From a virus (Duplodnaviria; Caudoviricetes), in IMG/VR virus record IMGVR_UViG_3300014204_000130, positions 32,001 to 96,000 of that record: a stretch of DNA of 64,000 nucleotides, one strand, 5' to 3'. The notes under the pieces were generated by a model. The model made no database searches and was not told the origin of the DNA. It was given only the letters and a program-made list of their open reading frames with translations. The translations under genes and the position numbers were made by a program. This document shows, piece by piece, positions 40,224-50,788 of this stretch (the stretch's first letter is position 1; each line of letters begins with the position of its first letter).

Positions 40224-41138
40224 CTACATTCCTCCGAATGCTTTCAAAATATAATTCACAGTTTCATCTGTATGATTGATTCTTTTTGCAAATGATCTTA
40301 AAGCATCATTGATATTTGTGAATGAAACTTGTTCATCAATGAGATTTTTCATGTTTGTAATCTCATCTTTAACAGTTGTATTGTCTGCTATAGATTCTTC
40401 AATTTCCAATCGGAGATTATTACTCCAGACATCTTTTTCACATTTAATATCCAATTCTTTTGTTTTGATTATTCCATTTTCAACTTGGATATATACACAT
40501 TTTGGAATTCGATCAATGTCATGTTTGGTTTTCTTACGTCTGGACAATGCACCTGGAGCAATAAATTTAATTCCACTCACATCTTCAATGCCCTGATATG
40601 GATGGTAATGTGCAACGCAAACTATTTCCACGGGAACTTTGAAATCTTCCCACAAATAATGTTCGAAAATAACTGGACTTTTGGTAAGTGTGTGATGTGT
40701 CAGTAAGATGTTGGTGTGTGACTTGGATGAATATTCATTTGAACTTATAACTGGATCTGTTCCATGTCCAGCTCCAATAACTCGGACATCCCCAAACTCT
40801 TTATATGTTCGAATTATTTCAACAACTCCAACACTGTTGAGTAATTCAAGTGGTGATTGTTCGGGATGACCATCATGTCCTTCATTTCCCATAACAACAT
40901 GCAATTTCAATCCACGTTCAATGTAAGAATTCAATAAGTTAATAAGAGGATTAAATGCAAGAAATCCAATCTTCGGAGAGTCAAACAGATCTCCACCATA
41001 CAACAGGACACATTCATTTTTGTATGCTAATTGAAAAACTCGTTCTAGTTTTCCAAGGATAGATTTATTGTAATCATCCTTGCGATTCACGGGTCGGGCA
41101 CCGTAATGTAAATCGGTGAAATAAATAAATTTTCTCAT
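40224..41138 (-). CDS. sbcD: SbcD/Mre11-like metallophosphoesterase
   Basis: TDLH, GGDLFD, GN..HD, THH and AHYH motifs. Confidence 0.85.
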   Translation of the reverse strand: MRKFIYFTDLHYGARPVNRKDDYNKSILGKLERVFQLAYKNECVLLYGGDLFDSPKIGFLAFNPLINLLNSYIERGLKLHVVMGNEGHDGHPEQSPLELLNSVGVVEIIRTYKEFGDVRVIGAGHGTDPVISSNEYSSKSHTNILLTHHTLTKSPVIFEHYLWEDFKVPVEIVCVAHYHPYQGIEDVSGIKFIAPGALSRRKKTKHDIDRIPKCVYIQVENGIIKTKELDIKCEKDVWSNNLRLEIEESIADNTTVKDEITNMKNLIDEQVSFTNINDALRSFAKRINHTDETVNYILKAFGGM

Positions 41139-41869
41139 GGTTCGTCCATCCAAGTTGGAAACAATTCCATTGCCAAATTCATTGCCTCATGCCAACAAGC
41201 TTTACCATCACTATTGTAGCTGAGAAACATCTTTACACATTTCTCAAGTTTTTCAATTCGTTCTTTCTGTTCAAGTTCATCCATATTATTTATGTCTCCG
41301 GAAATATCAGAATAGATAAGATACGCTACCAACTACAAACAATAACAGCACTTGCCAAAGTAATTATTGCATGTCATTTACCTTGTCTGAATGCAGGGAT
41401 CTTGCATATCTGGAACTGTATCATCCTGTAAGAGTTCTTCAAATTCCGTACCATCTATAAACATGAATGCTTTCTGAAGAACTACAGACATACAATCAAG
41501 GCAAAGATAGAAGATCTTAACTTTGTATGATGTGTATGCATATACTTGAGTCTTTCGTTTACATAGGTTGCAAGTTGCATGTTCAATGTTCATATTAAAG
41601 CCCTCCCAATGCGAAGAATTTATCACCAAATACCCAAAACAATTCACAAAACAATAAAACTGACATCATCCAAAATTCGGCATGGTTCATTCCCAATAAT
41701 TTAAGAAGATCACAATAATATCTTCCAGCTTTTTCATTTTGAGTTTCTTTGTCAGACATCATAATAATAATACTTGTAGTCAACACCAACACAGCATTCA
41801 ACACATATGAACTTCCAGTTACCATCCATGCAATTGTTGTTAAAAATATTGCAACTTTCATGTTCAATC

Positions 41870-43054
41870 CTACAATTTCAATTTTTTCAAACAGGACACA
41901 CAATACTTGTCGTCTATCAATGGACATTTCGAATCACCAAGACACATATTATGTTGTTCTCGTAAAGTAAATATTTGTTTTTCAATAATTCCAAGACTTC
42001 CATTTTGTTGAACTCCAAATACACTAAGTTCTTGTATCTTGGAATTCAAGATTTGCAATCTTGATAATTTCTTTGAGAAGAATTCCAAATCAGTTGCATC
42101 CGGCACTCGATAACAACTTACCGGAGTATCGATTCTCCTTGGGAGAATAGAAAGTCTCTTGAGCCTGTCCAATTTTTGGACGAGTGGTAGGAATTTCTCC
42201 CGATAATACGTCTCGACTGTCTTGATATTTTTCGAGATTTTCTCAGCCTTGGGCAACTCCTTAGCAAGAGTATAGCACCCTTTGAGCGTTTCCCGCAACT
42301 GTTTTAATCGGATTACTTTATTTTTCAGTTGTGTGAGTTCTTTTTGCTTTTCTTGAATATTCATTTCAAGAGAGATGATTTCTTCGTAATCCTGCTTCCC
42401 ATTCTTAATTTTATGATCAATGGAGATATTATCTTTCATCAATGATTCAGAAAGTATCTTCTTCTCTTGTAAATCGGTTCCAACTTTTTTCAATAAGACA
42501 TCTACTTTATCAGAATCGGGAACAAGGCATGACAAGATTTTATTACGCGCACCACCGGCATATGTCGGGCCAATGAAGAACATATCCTGATGCTGAGATG
42601 CAAAATTCAATTTCTCTTGAATATCGACAAATGAAACTTCTTTGAATTTCAAAACATCCGTAATGAATTCTGGAAGTTTTACACCAAACTTTTCCTTCTC
42701 GATTCCATCAATGGAATATTTGTCAGATGTAACAGTCTTGTCGATGATTGCCAAACATTTCGGACATTGAGGAGTATTTGATTTTACGGGTTCCTTACAT
42801 GCCGGACATTTCCTCGTCTCCGCAATCGTTTGTTCTCTACGTACACAGGCGTTGGAAAGTTGAGCCTCGACCCACCCATCAGTCGTAAAGTTCCGCATGT
42901 AAAAAGGGCCACGGTAAATAACGGAATTCAATGCCCGGAGGAAAGAGGATTTCCCCGCGTCAGACAGTCCAACGATGGACGTAAGACTTGGGGAAAGTTC
43001 AATCTCGGAATCCACATGTGATTGGAAGTTGTGAATTTTAATGGATTTGATCAT
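41870..43054 (-). CDS. sbcC: SbcC/Rad50 N-terminal half
   Basis: IHNFQSH, GLSDAGKS Walker A, Q-loop, coiled coil, terminal KCP...CVSC. Confidence 0.85.
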   Translation of the reverse strand: MIKSIKIHNFQSHVDSEIELSPSLTSIVGLSDAGKSSFLRALNSVIYRGPFYMRNFTTDGWVEAQLSNACVRREQTIAETRKCPACKEPVKSNTPQCPKCLAIIDKTVTSDKYSIDGIEKEKFGVKLPEFITDVLKFKEVSFVDIQEKLNFASQHQDMFFIGPTYAGGARNKILSCLVPDSDKVDVLLKKVGTDLQEKKILSESLMKDNISIDHKIKNGKQDYEEIISLEMNIQEKQKELTQLKNKVIRLKQLRETLKGCYTLAKELPKAEKISKNIKTVETYYREKFLPLVQKLDRLKRLSILPRRIDTPVSCYRVPDATDLEFFSKKLSRLQILNSKIQELSVFGVQQNGSLGIIEKQIFTLREQHNMCLGDSKCPLIDDKYCVSCLKKLKL

Positions 43055-43575
43055 TACAATTTACCATCCAATCTTTTTATAATTTTATCAACGATAAAAT
43101 GATCTTCATCTCGGATTTTTATATTTTCCTTATTTTTCAAATACCAATCGCGAACATCCCATCTTCCGGTAATCGTTCGACCCGCACCAGCCCAATCAGC
43201 TACCATTTCTGACAATGCTCCGAGTGACATTCCTACTGGAAATTCTTTTCCAGAATCCTCAATCAGATACCAATATTGCCAGTGGTGATCATTTCTTTTT
43301 TGATGTTTACACCATGAAATACTAAACTGGTCTGATGGGAAAAATCCGTATGGTGCGGCTTCACAACATCCAAATTTTCCAAATGCTTCCATAGTTTTGT
43401 CGTTAACCTTTTTGAGGTCGTAGAAATAATCGACATAAGAAAACCATTCAGAAGGAAGGAATTTACTGAGATCGTGAGTTAGTAATCTCCAAATTGGTGT
43501 TCCAATTTTCAATCCAGCAATCAATACAAACCATTTATGTAAAATTATATATTTCAAATATTTAAGATGTTTCAT
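43054..43575 (-). CDS. DUF5662-like (HD-related) protein
   Basis: HKWFV, HDLSKF, HQKRNDHHWQYW, EMVADW. Confidence 0.7.
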   Translation of the reverse strand: MKHLKYLKYIILHKWFVLIAGLKIGTPIWRLLTHDLSKFLPSEWFSYVDYFYDLKKVNDKTMEAFGKFGCCEAAPYGFFPSDQFSISWCKHQKRNDHHWQYWYLIEDSGKEFPVGMSLGALSEMVADWAGAGRTITGRWDVRDWYLKNKENIKIRDEDHFIVDKIIKRLDGKL

Positions 43576-43780
43576 TTTCGAACTCCAATAATTACCAATT
43601 TAGTTTCAACGAATTCAACTTCTGTTTCAATTCCCGAGAAAGAATCCAATTCAAATGTATTCAATCTGATTACTTCAAACAACCCTTTAATCTTCAGAAA
43701 GTAATTCCCTTCAAATTTGAATACATCTCCAGGTTTCAAACTTCCAAATGGTAGTTCAACTCCAGAAACATCTTCGATTT

Positions 43781-44278
43781 TCATTTTTTGGATTCCTTTT
43801 CTTTCTTCGTTTCCATATCACTTCCATACATCGCAATTGCCAATGCTGAAAACATATCCTTTGCAAATCCAAACAATGGACCGGGATTCTTTTGGGTTCC
43901 TTTCGGACCAAAGGTATCAATCATAAATTGATGTATGATTGCATCATTTGCCTTTGGATTGTCTGTATGGTGTGTAACAATAGTCTTTCGAAAAGCCATA
44001 TTCCATTTGATTCCAAGACTATTACATCTTTCCTGAACCATACCAATGAACTTTGCTGTATCAAACATACTCTTGCCGACGCCTGAACCATATTGAGCAA
44101 GATCTTCAATGTAACAAACAATTCCTTTATTGGAATTCTTTGTAATGTAGTTCAAAATTGATTGATTTGGAACCTTCCCCTTTGCAATGATTCGGGACGA
44201 TTCATGTTCCCCGGACGTATGCTTATAAAAAACAAATCCTGTCTCTTCACTTCCCGGATCAATTGCAAAAATAACCAT
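43781..44278 (-). CDS. ruvC: RuvC-like Holliday junction resolvase
   Basis: AIDPG..TG, IED, D..SALAIA. Confidence 0.7.
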   Translation of the reverse strand: MVIFAIDPGSEETGFVFYKHTSGEHESSRIIAKGKVPNQSILNYITKNSNKGIVCYIEDLAQYGSGVGKSMFDTAKFIGMVQERCNSLGIKWNMAFRKTIVTHHTDNPKANDAIIHQFMIDTFGPKGTQKNPGPLFGFAKDMFSALAIAMYGSDMETKKEKESKK

Positions 44279-44800
44279 CTATGACTCCAATACATTCAGT
44301 TTATTTTCATATATACCATGACTGACACAATAATCATTATATGCTTTGGCGGCTTCAATCTCAGTCATAAAATTTCCAATATGAATTCTCCTCTTATTCA
44401 TCGTAATTCTAGCTGTCCATTTTTTATTTCCAACTTGTGTGCGTCTATATGTGACACCGTAGTATTTTGAAGCTGATTTCATTCTCAATTTTGTAATGAT
44501 TGCATGATAATTATTTTGAGATACATTACACCATTCCAAGTTGGATGCATGATTATTCTCTTTATTACCATCTTTATGATTGACCATACAATATCCATTG
44601 GTATTTGGAATATATGCCAATGCGACCAATCTATGAATAAACATTTTCTTAGGAAGATTAAACTTATCTCTAGGAGTAACCTTCATATATCCATCTTTGT
44701 CGAAATATGGATTTAATTGCTTATTATAAATCAGTGAAAATATATTTCCATCGATACCTATCAGATATCTTGGAAACATCTCTAATTCAACTCCAATCAT
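44279..44800 (-). CDS. HNH endonuclease with C-terminal AP2 domain
   Basis: HRLVA...VNHKDGNKENN..SNLEW; YYGV...WTARI...EAAKAYN. Confidence 0.88.
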   Translation of the reverse strand: MIGVELEMFPRYLIGIDGNIFSLIYNKQLNPYFDKDGYMKVTPRDKFNLPKKMFIHRLVALAYIPNTNGYCMVNHKDGNKENNHASNLEWCNVSQNNYHAIITKLRMKSASKYYGVTYRRTQVGNKKWTARITMNKRRIHIGNFMTEIEAAKAYNDYCVSHGIYENKLNVLES

Positions 44801-45945
44801 TCCGAATCTTCCCCACTTTCAATTTCCAATTCTTCCAGTTCTTCCGGTTCTTTTTCTGTGGAATCTTCAACATCGGATGCAATTTCTTCTGCATTTTCAT
44901 TTTTCTTGAAAACGAAATTGTCGGAAGGTTTAATGTCGAACAAATTGATTCCCATTGAACTTTTGATATGTTCTACAATTTTATTAATGTGCCCAATTTT
45001 GAACTCATCTGGATACCAATTGCTTTCTTTGAATTTATAAACTTTTCTTGGTAATGCAACAACCATTCCAATATCTTCCAGATATTCAACCAATGAAATT
45101 TCACGAACAAATCCACGATCATAAAGATATGTCATTGTGGACATTGCTTTTTCATTTCCACAAATCTTGTTCTTCAGTGAAGTTACATCACAAGTGTATC
45201 CGATCTTTTTTTCGCCATCTTTCAGAGTTTTCCGACGTTTCAATTCCAATCGAAGATTTGCAGAGAACTTCTGTTGATTACCACCGGGAAGAACTTTCTT
45301 CGGGGCGAACGGTTGAGGATCTTGATTATCAATTTCCTGATTGATAAGAATCAAAGCCGTATTTGATTTTCTCAATACGAAAGTGGTTCTACGTAAGAAC
45401 TCTGTAATAATTGCTGCCCGTCTATTACGCTGACCCTTTTCACCAAGATCTTTATCAAGAATTGCCTTTGAATCAAGCTTTGCCAATGAATCTACAATGA
45501 TGAAATCATAAATATCATCAACGATTGCATTCTCTGCAATGACCAATGCATCTTCTGTATTCAAAGGAGTTACTTGAACCCGAGACGTATCGATCTTTTT
45601 GAATTTCAAAAAAGATTCAGTTAATGAATTCTCAACGTCGATGAACAGACCATTACAATTTGGATCTTGATCCAATGCATATCGAATAGAATCCAAACAA
45701 AGTGTTGTTTTTCCTGTACTTTCCGCACCGTGAATTAGCGTCATTCCACCCCGAGGAAGGCCACCAATGCCGGAATTGATCCAATCAATATTGGGAAATC
45801 CTGTTGGAAGTGGTTTGAAATTTCCAACTTCACTCGATCTATATAAAACATTTGCGCCGTATGATTTTTGAAACTTGGTATTTGTTTTCTTCAGAAAATT
45901 CGCACATCTTTCAGCACGAGAAAGAACCTGTTCTTTACTTGCCAC
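44797..45945 (-). CDS. recA: RecA/UvsX recombinase
   Basis: GGLPRG, GAESTGKT, IIVDS, LINQ, PGG, KNK; promoter TTGACT-N17-TAGGAT at 46077-46049. Confidence 0.92.
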   Translation of the reverse strand: MASKEQVLSRAERCANFLKKTNTKFQKSYGANVLYRSSEVGNFKPLPTGFPNIDWINSGIGGLPRGGMTLIHGAESTGKTTLCLDSIRYALDQDPNCNGLFIDVENSLTESFLKFKKIDTSRVQVTPLNTEDALVIAENAIVDDIYDFIIVDSLAKLDSKAILDKDLGEKGQRNRRAAIITEFLRRTTFVLRKSNTALILINQEIDNQDPQPFAPKKVLPGGNQQKFSANLRLELKRRKTLKDGEKKIGYTCDVTSLKNKICGNEKAMSTMTYLYDRGFVREISLVEYLEDIGMVVALPRKVYKFKESNWYPDEFKIGHINKIVEHIKSSMGINLFDIKPSDNFVFKKNENAEEIASDVEDSTEKEPEELEELEIESGEDSE

Positions 45946-46083
45946 TTATGATTCTCCTTGAAATTATTATTCCCATAAAGGGAATCCTCACCTTAGCCAG
46001 CCAAGCCGGACCCATCCATACAGCGCCAAATCACGCCTTGATTCAACTATCCTACTAGATTTTATTGAAAAAGTCAATGGAAA

Positions 46084-46431
46084 TTATTCTTTTGTTTTCT
46101 GTTGCATCAAATTAGTAACGATCATGGATTTAATCATCGATTTAACAGCTACTGATGCTCGGAGAAATTTTTCTTCCAACCAAATAACTTCCAGATCAAA
46201 TACTTTCAAAAATTGTTTTGTTTTTAAAATTCGTTCAACTTCCCAATTGTTCCCAGTATAAGATTTCTTATATCTTTCCAGGAATGTATGTAATTTTGTA
46301 TGATCTGAATTACGAATTACAATTAAATTATTCGGATTGTTGTTTGTGTTGATTTCATCCAAATGATGGACAGTGTTCGCGGAAAGTTTAAAATCAATTC
46401 CAGTTAATAAACTTGCTATTTGGAAGTGCAT
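46084..46431 (-). CDS. HNH-like small protein
   Basis: VHHLDE...NN.PNNL...DHTKLH. Confidence 0.5.
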   Translation of the reverse strand: MHFQIASLLTGIDFKLSANTVHHLDEINTNNNPNNLIVIRNSDHTKLHTFLERYKKSYTGNNWEVERILKTKQFLKVFDLEVIWLEEKFLRASVAVKSMIKSMIVTNLMQQKTKE

Positions 46432-47362
46432 GGAATTAAATTATCTTTCCGAATCCAACGGTGCAATCTTGTTTCATCCGAAAGAAAATATCCAAAGATA
46501 TAATCTCTTTTTAATTCTTCTTGGAATCTTTCGGAATGCACTCGTTGATATACTTCTCTCTGTCTATAATCATTACATTCAGCGACTACCGAATTTGCTT
46601 CGAATTCCTGATCTGTAAAAATTTCAACTTCAATAGTTTTGAAATAATTCATGATATTCTCGCAAAATTCTTTTTATGTATCATATACAACTTCCGATTA
46701 TTTCTGAATCTTCCAACTATCCAATTGTCGGAAATAACATCTTCATCTGGAAATATAGTTTTCCATTTAGATATATAGTGTTTCCAATCTTCTTCGTTGC
46801 ATTCTGTAAACAAACTTCCATGTGGAATATTTCCGGGAAATATTTTAAATTCGCGATTGGTTATGAATCTTCTGGGCTTTGTCAAAGATGGAAGTTTCAT
46901 TTTATTTCCTCAAGTAAAGATTTTTCAATCAATCGATATCCGGAAATATTACTTGGAAATTGAATTAGAACATATCCAGATTTCAGAAAATTTCGAGATG
47001 CTTCCAATCCAAAAGATACATATGTTTTTGAATATATTGCTTGACTCGCTTCGACTGCCAATGTTCCACTGGAACTATTATTACATCCTTCTTCAATCCT
47101 GTTGTATTTATTTTAATTTCATGTACAACTTTGAAATTTCGCATTTCAAACCTTTCAATTCCGAATTCTCCTTTTCAATGATTTTAATTATAAAGTTAAA
47201 AAGTTCTGATTCATTCTTCTTTAATCCATCTGCCAACTTGAGATTAAATGTCATTTCAAGAGATATGAAAATATCCTGTCTAGCATCTCTACATTCGGAG
47301 TAGAACTTCACAAGTTCATCAATATTAGATTCCATATTATTCCCTTTCAATTTTGATTCCAG

Positions 47363-47440
47363 TTATCTCGGTGAGATTCGAACTCACAATAATACCTATT
47401 CCTATCGACTGGTACTGTTTACCAATTAACTTACGAGATA
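47363..47440 (-). tRNA. tRNA-like element with a 14-nt anticodon loop and no encoded CCA
   Basis: TATCTCG/CGAGATA acceptor stem, D-loop TGG, GTGAG-TTCGAAT-CTCAC T arm. Confidence 0.6.
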
Positions 47441-47643
47441 TCCGCGACGATTGATAGGAGTTTTATTTTGGGGCAAAAGACAACATGCCAACCTTTTCAA
47501 CTGCTACTTGTTATCAACAGAGTGCATCTTTCTCTGTTTAACCTTGAAGGTGCATTGTGGCAACCTTGTTGAAGGGTATTTATATGTAGTCATGTCTACA
47601 CAACCAGTTCTGCTCGTCAGACACCATTTATGCGGTGTCGCAG

Positions 47644-47724
47644 AGGAGAGGCAGAGATTCAAATCTCTGCCAACTCCCGATTGCATTCGGGTCGTTCCAT
47701 TTCCCGTTCCGGTTACGGCTCTCC
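47644..47724 (-). tRNA. Degenerate tRNA-like element (GCA/Cys-like, 6-nt loop)
   Basis: GGAGAG/CTCTCC, CCGT/ACGG, CCCGA-ATGCAA-TCGGG, GCAGAG-ATTTGAAT-CTCTGC. Confidence 0.4.
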
Positions 47725-47975
47725 GTGATGTTAGATCTTTATTCTTTGTCAAACAATCGTTTCAATTTCAAAAAAAACTTTGAATCGACAATCGTGAATT
47801 CCTTATGAACTCCAAATTCTTTCACAAGATTCAACGCAGAACTACCATCTTTTTCTACAACCGATTCTGAAGTTTCAACACCAACTACTTTGTAATTAAT
47901 CTCTCCCATCTCAGTATCTGTCTGTTTAACCATGTTACTTAACGCATTCACATACACTTTCATAATAATCTCCTT

Positions 47976-48161
47976 TTAAATCTTTACCAAATATCCACAA
48001 CAACAGTATCCAGTTTCCCGGAATGCTTTACATATACATTTTGTATCTTCATTTTGAACTGGAACACATGGACAATAACCACCATTTTTACTTAACATAC
48101 CTTCAATGGCCTCCCGATGTTTTGGATGTTCATTCAACTTGTAACCTTCTGGAATTTCCAT
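47976..48161 (-). CDS. Ferredoxin-thioredoxin reductase catalytic-subunit-like mini protein
   Basis: YCPC...CIC...CCCG Cys pattern. Confidence 0.7.
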   Translation of the reverse strand: MEIPEGYKLNEHPKHREAIEGMLSKNGGYCPCVPVQNEDTKCICKAFRETGYCCCGYLVKI

Positions 48162-48538
48162 CGTTATTTCCTCGTAGAATTTCTTGATTCGAATCTGAGC
48201 CTTATTGCTTCAAACAAATCACTATCAATGGTTTCATCAAGTAAAATAATCCCATTGATATTTAATCCAAGCATATCTTGTACTTTTGATACTTCACAAT
48301 ATGTGAAGTATGATGAATCAAGCGATTTCAAAAATTCCAAATATTTCACATGATCTTTGGTTACTACACAGATACTTTTGGTATTCATTGTTAGACTCCT
48401 AATTGATTGTTTGAAGTAAGAAGATATGAACTGTTTCTTGATTACGAAAGTTTGACTTCCAACCACCAATTGAACATTAAGTTAGTGAAGCAAAAAGCCC
48501 TCGTGGTGGGATAGACATCCATTCATATCTTCCAACAT

Positions 48539-48632
48539 TGGGAAGAGTGGGATTAGAACCCACGGGAATCCTTCTTTAAGGACTCTACGACACGTTACAA
48601 CGTCGTGCAATAAACCACTCTGCCATCTTCCC
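48539..48632 (-). tRNA. Class II tRNA-like element (GTA/Tyr-like, distorted anticodon arm, no CCA)
   Basis: GGGAAGA/TCTTCCC, GCA-GAGTGGTTTAT-TGC, long variable arm, GTGGG-TTCTAAT-CCCAC; promoter TTGACA-N18-TAACAT at 48771-48742. Confidence 0.65.
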
Positions 48633-48773
48633 ATGAGAGGTGTTGGTGTCCGATAAACAAACTCCACCGTTTATAAGACACCAACACCATAGACGTATAT
48701 CCGGCCTAGATTTTCCAATCAGATATACGCCCGCGAACTCTATGTTAAAACATCAACAATGAAAATGTCAATG

Positions 48774-49907
48774 TTAAAATGGGATTCCTGAAAATTCCAC
48801 TTCGGGAACTTCGATTTCTTTCTTCTCTTTCAGAAGATTGAAAATCAATTGAATGTTACTGTTGAGCTTTCCAGAATCAGCAATCAATTTGGATTTCAAG
48901 AAGAATGCATTGATTGCATCTACAAATTCCTTATTCTTTGTATTTGATTTCAGGATATCAGGAGTAATCTTTTTCATTGTTGGAAGTTCTGGTTCCAACT
49001 CCAACGATTCAACCGAATCCAATTCAAGATCATCCATTCCAATATCTTCCGTTTTTTCACTTTGAATCTCGGATTTTCCATCCAATTCATCCAACGAAAG
49101 ATTTTCGGAATCGTCGATAATTACCGTAGGATCGTCATGCTTGTGGGAAGTATTGGAATCCACATCTTCTTCGATTTCCCCACCTTCCAACAAGGCTTTG
49201 ATTTGGGCGGGAGTGCGCTTCCGAATCACACAATCTTCCAAATCAACTTCTCCACCGGATTCGTAATCACGGGCACGAAGATCTGAAAGTCTGGAATATA
49301 AGGACTTCGCTTGCTTCTCCAATTCGGGAGAATCGACATTCATCAGTGAGTAATCAACCTTCTTCTTGTCAGACATGGTTTTCGTATAGAACCAGACCAA
49401 ATCTTGAATTCCTGAGATGGGTTTCTTTTCACGCTTTCTGGCCGTTTCAACGATTTGCTCGATCTTCAACCCTTGAACCCTAGTGAACCGGACAGCATAA
49501 AATTGTTCTTGTTCGTCGTCAATCTGAATGGCATTCACGTAGATTTCTTCACTTACAATCAGATTGATCTTGGCTTGAATATCCTTCAACTGTTCTTGAT
49601 TGGCCTTTGAATCGGAATCCTTGCGAGATTTTACGATCTTCCAAACATTCCAAAGTTTTTCCACTGGAACACAAATCGGACACCCCTTACCGCGTTCGTT
49701 TGGATGTTGATTTGAACAATCAATGACATCAAACTTTGCATTTGGAAAAAACTTTTTCACATTGAAATGCATACGATGATAACAAACAACCAATTCTGGA
49801 ATCCAAAGTTTGTACTGCTTTCCGATTTCCATTTCCTTCTGAGCAATCTTGCGGAATTCCCGAGTTCCAGATGAACTTTTAAGGTCCGACATTCGATACA
49901 GAGCCAT
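48774..49907 (-). CDS. Single-stranded DNA-binding protein (gp32-like)
   Basis: H..C..CPIC zinc motif, YVNAI, acidic C-terminal region ending in IPF; replication context. Confidence 0.65.
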   Translation of the reverse strand: MALYRMSDLKSSSGTREFRKIAQKEMEIGKQYKLWIPELVVCYHRMHFNVKKFFPNAKFDVIDCSNQHPNERGKGCPICVPVEKLWNVWKIVKSRKDSDSKANQEQLKDIQAKINLIVSEEIYVNAIQIDDEQEQFYAVRFTRVQGLKIEQIVETARKREKKPISGIQDLVWFYTKTMSDKKKVDYSLMNVDSPELEKQAKSLYSRLSDLRARDYESGGEVDLEDCVIRKRTPAQIKALLEGGEIEEDVDSNTSHKHDDPTVIIDDSENLSLDELDGKSEIQSEKTEDIGMDDLELDSVESLELEPELPTMKKITPDILKSNTKNKEFVDAINAFFLKSKLIADSGKLNSNIQLIFNLLKEKKEIEVPEVEFSGIPF

Positions 49908-49919
49908 GTTTATTCTCCT

Positions 49920-50711
49920 CTAATCTTCGACGATGGTGTGGATATTATAAAAGAATCCAACTCCATCCGTAATCAAAATGGATTTCGGGGCGAAATACAT
50001 CTTTACATTTTTCCTATCAGACTCCTTTTCGATTGCGTTTACCATTTCCCGGAAACCTGCTCCAACCATTACCATTGGGATATCGCCGGTCCCAATTTGT
50101 TGAATGGTTTGCATCTTTCGGTTCAAACATTGTCCAATGGTTTGGTCTTCGATGGAACAGTTCAAGATTTTATTCTTCACAAAAAACTTGTAGAATTCCA
50201 ACTTAAATGCTTTTGCATCTTTCAGAATAGTTGATAATGCTGAAACTGGAACTTCATACCCTGAAAGATATTCGATTGATCCATTGAAATATGTCAAGTT
50301 CAATTGATCAAAGAACTTCTGACTTGTATCTTCATCATATGTTTTCAAACGTTCATATGACTGCAAACAATCTGCTCCGCTTGCAGGAACCAATTCAACC
50401 TTCATTCTACCAACTGCCGAACCATCGGTAATGATGTAAAGATTATCCGTTGATTTTACACGGATAATATCGGTTTCAATTCGATTCAAAACTGCATAAA
50501 CCTGTTCAAGTTTCGCAATCCGAATTTCCCCATCTTCCGTTATTTTGAGATTCTTTTCATAAACCTCACAATAAATGTTTGAGTTTGAGTTTGTGAATTT
50601 TGCAAAAAGTGTTCCATTTGCCGAACGTAAATACAAATCTTGGATGAGGCCGGAAAGCATACACTTATGTAAAAACTGCTTGAACACCTCTACGTTAACC
50701 TGAAAATCCAT
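49920..50711 (-). CDS. Sliding clamp (PCNA/gp45-like)
   Basis: ~263 aa with a two-domain beta/alpha pattern; next to helicase/PolB, RFC also present; promoter TTGACA-N17-TACTAT at 50760-50732. Confidence 0.55.
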   Translation of the reverse strand: MDFQVNVEVFKQFLHKCMLSGLIQDLYLRSANGTLFAKFTNSNSNIYCEVYEKNLKITEDGEIRIAKLEQVYAVLNRIETDIIRVKSTDNLYIITDGSAVGRMKVELVPASGADCLQSYERLKTYDEDTSQKFFDQLNLTYFNGSIEYLSGYEVPVSALSTILKDAKAFKLEFYKFFVKNKILNCSIEDQTIGQCLNRKMQTIQQIGTGDIPMVMVGAGFREMVNAIEKESDRKNVKMYFAPKSILITDGVGFFYNIHTIVED

Positions 50712-50788
50712 TTGTGCTTCCTCCGTGATAAATAGTAACATGCTTCATTCTAACTGTCAAGTAATAACTTTAAGAGAATAATTATTTA

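Noticed and set aside
45985-46040. Short C-rich pentamer-like tract upstream of recA
   Set aside because: Too short and irregular to support a repeat or RNA call
47363-48632. Canonical functional tRNA-Cys and tRNA-Tyr genes
   Set aside because: None has a regular 5-bp stem with a 7-nt anticodon loop
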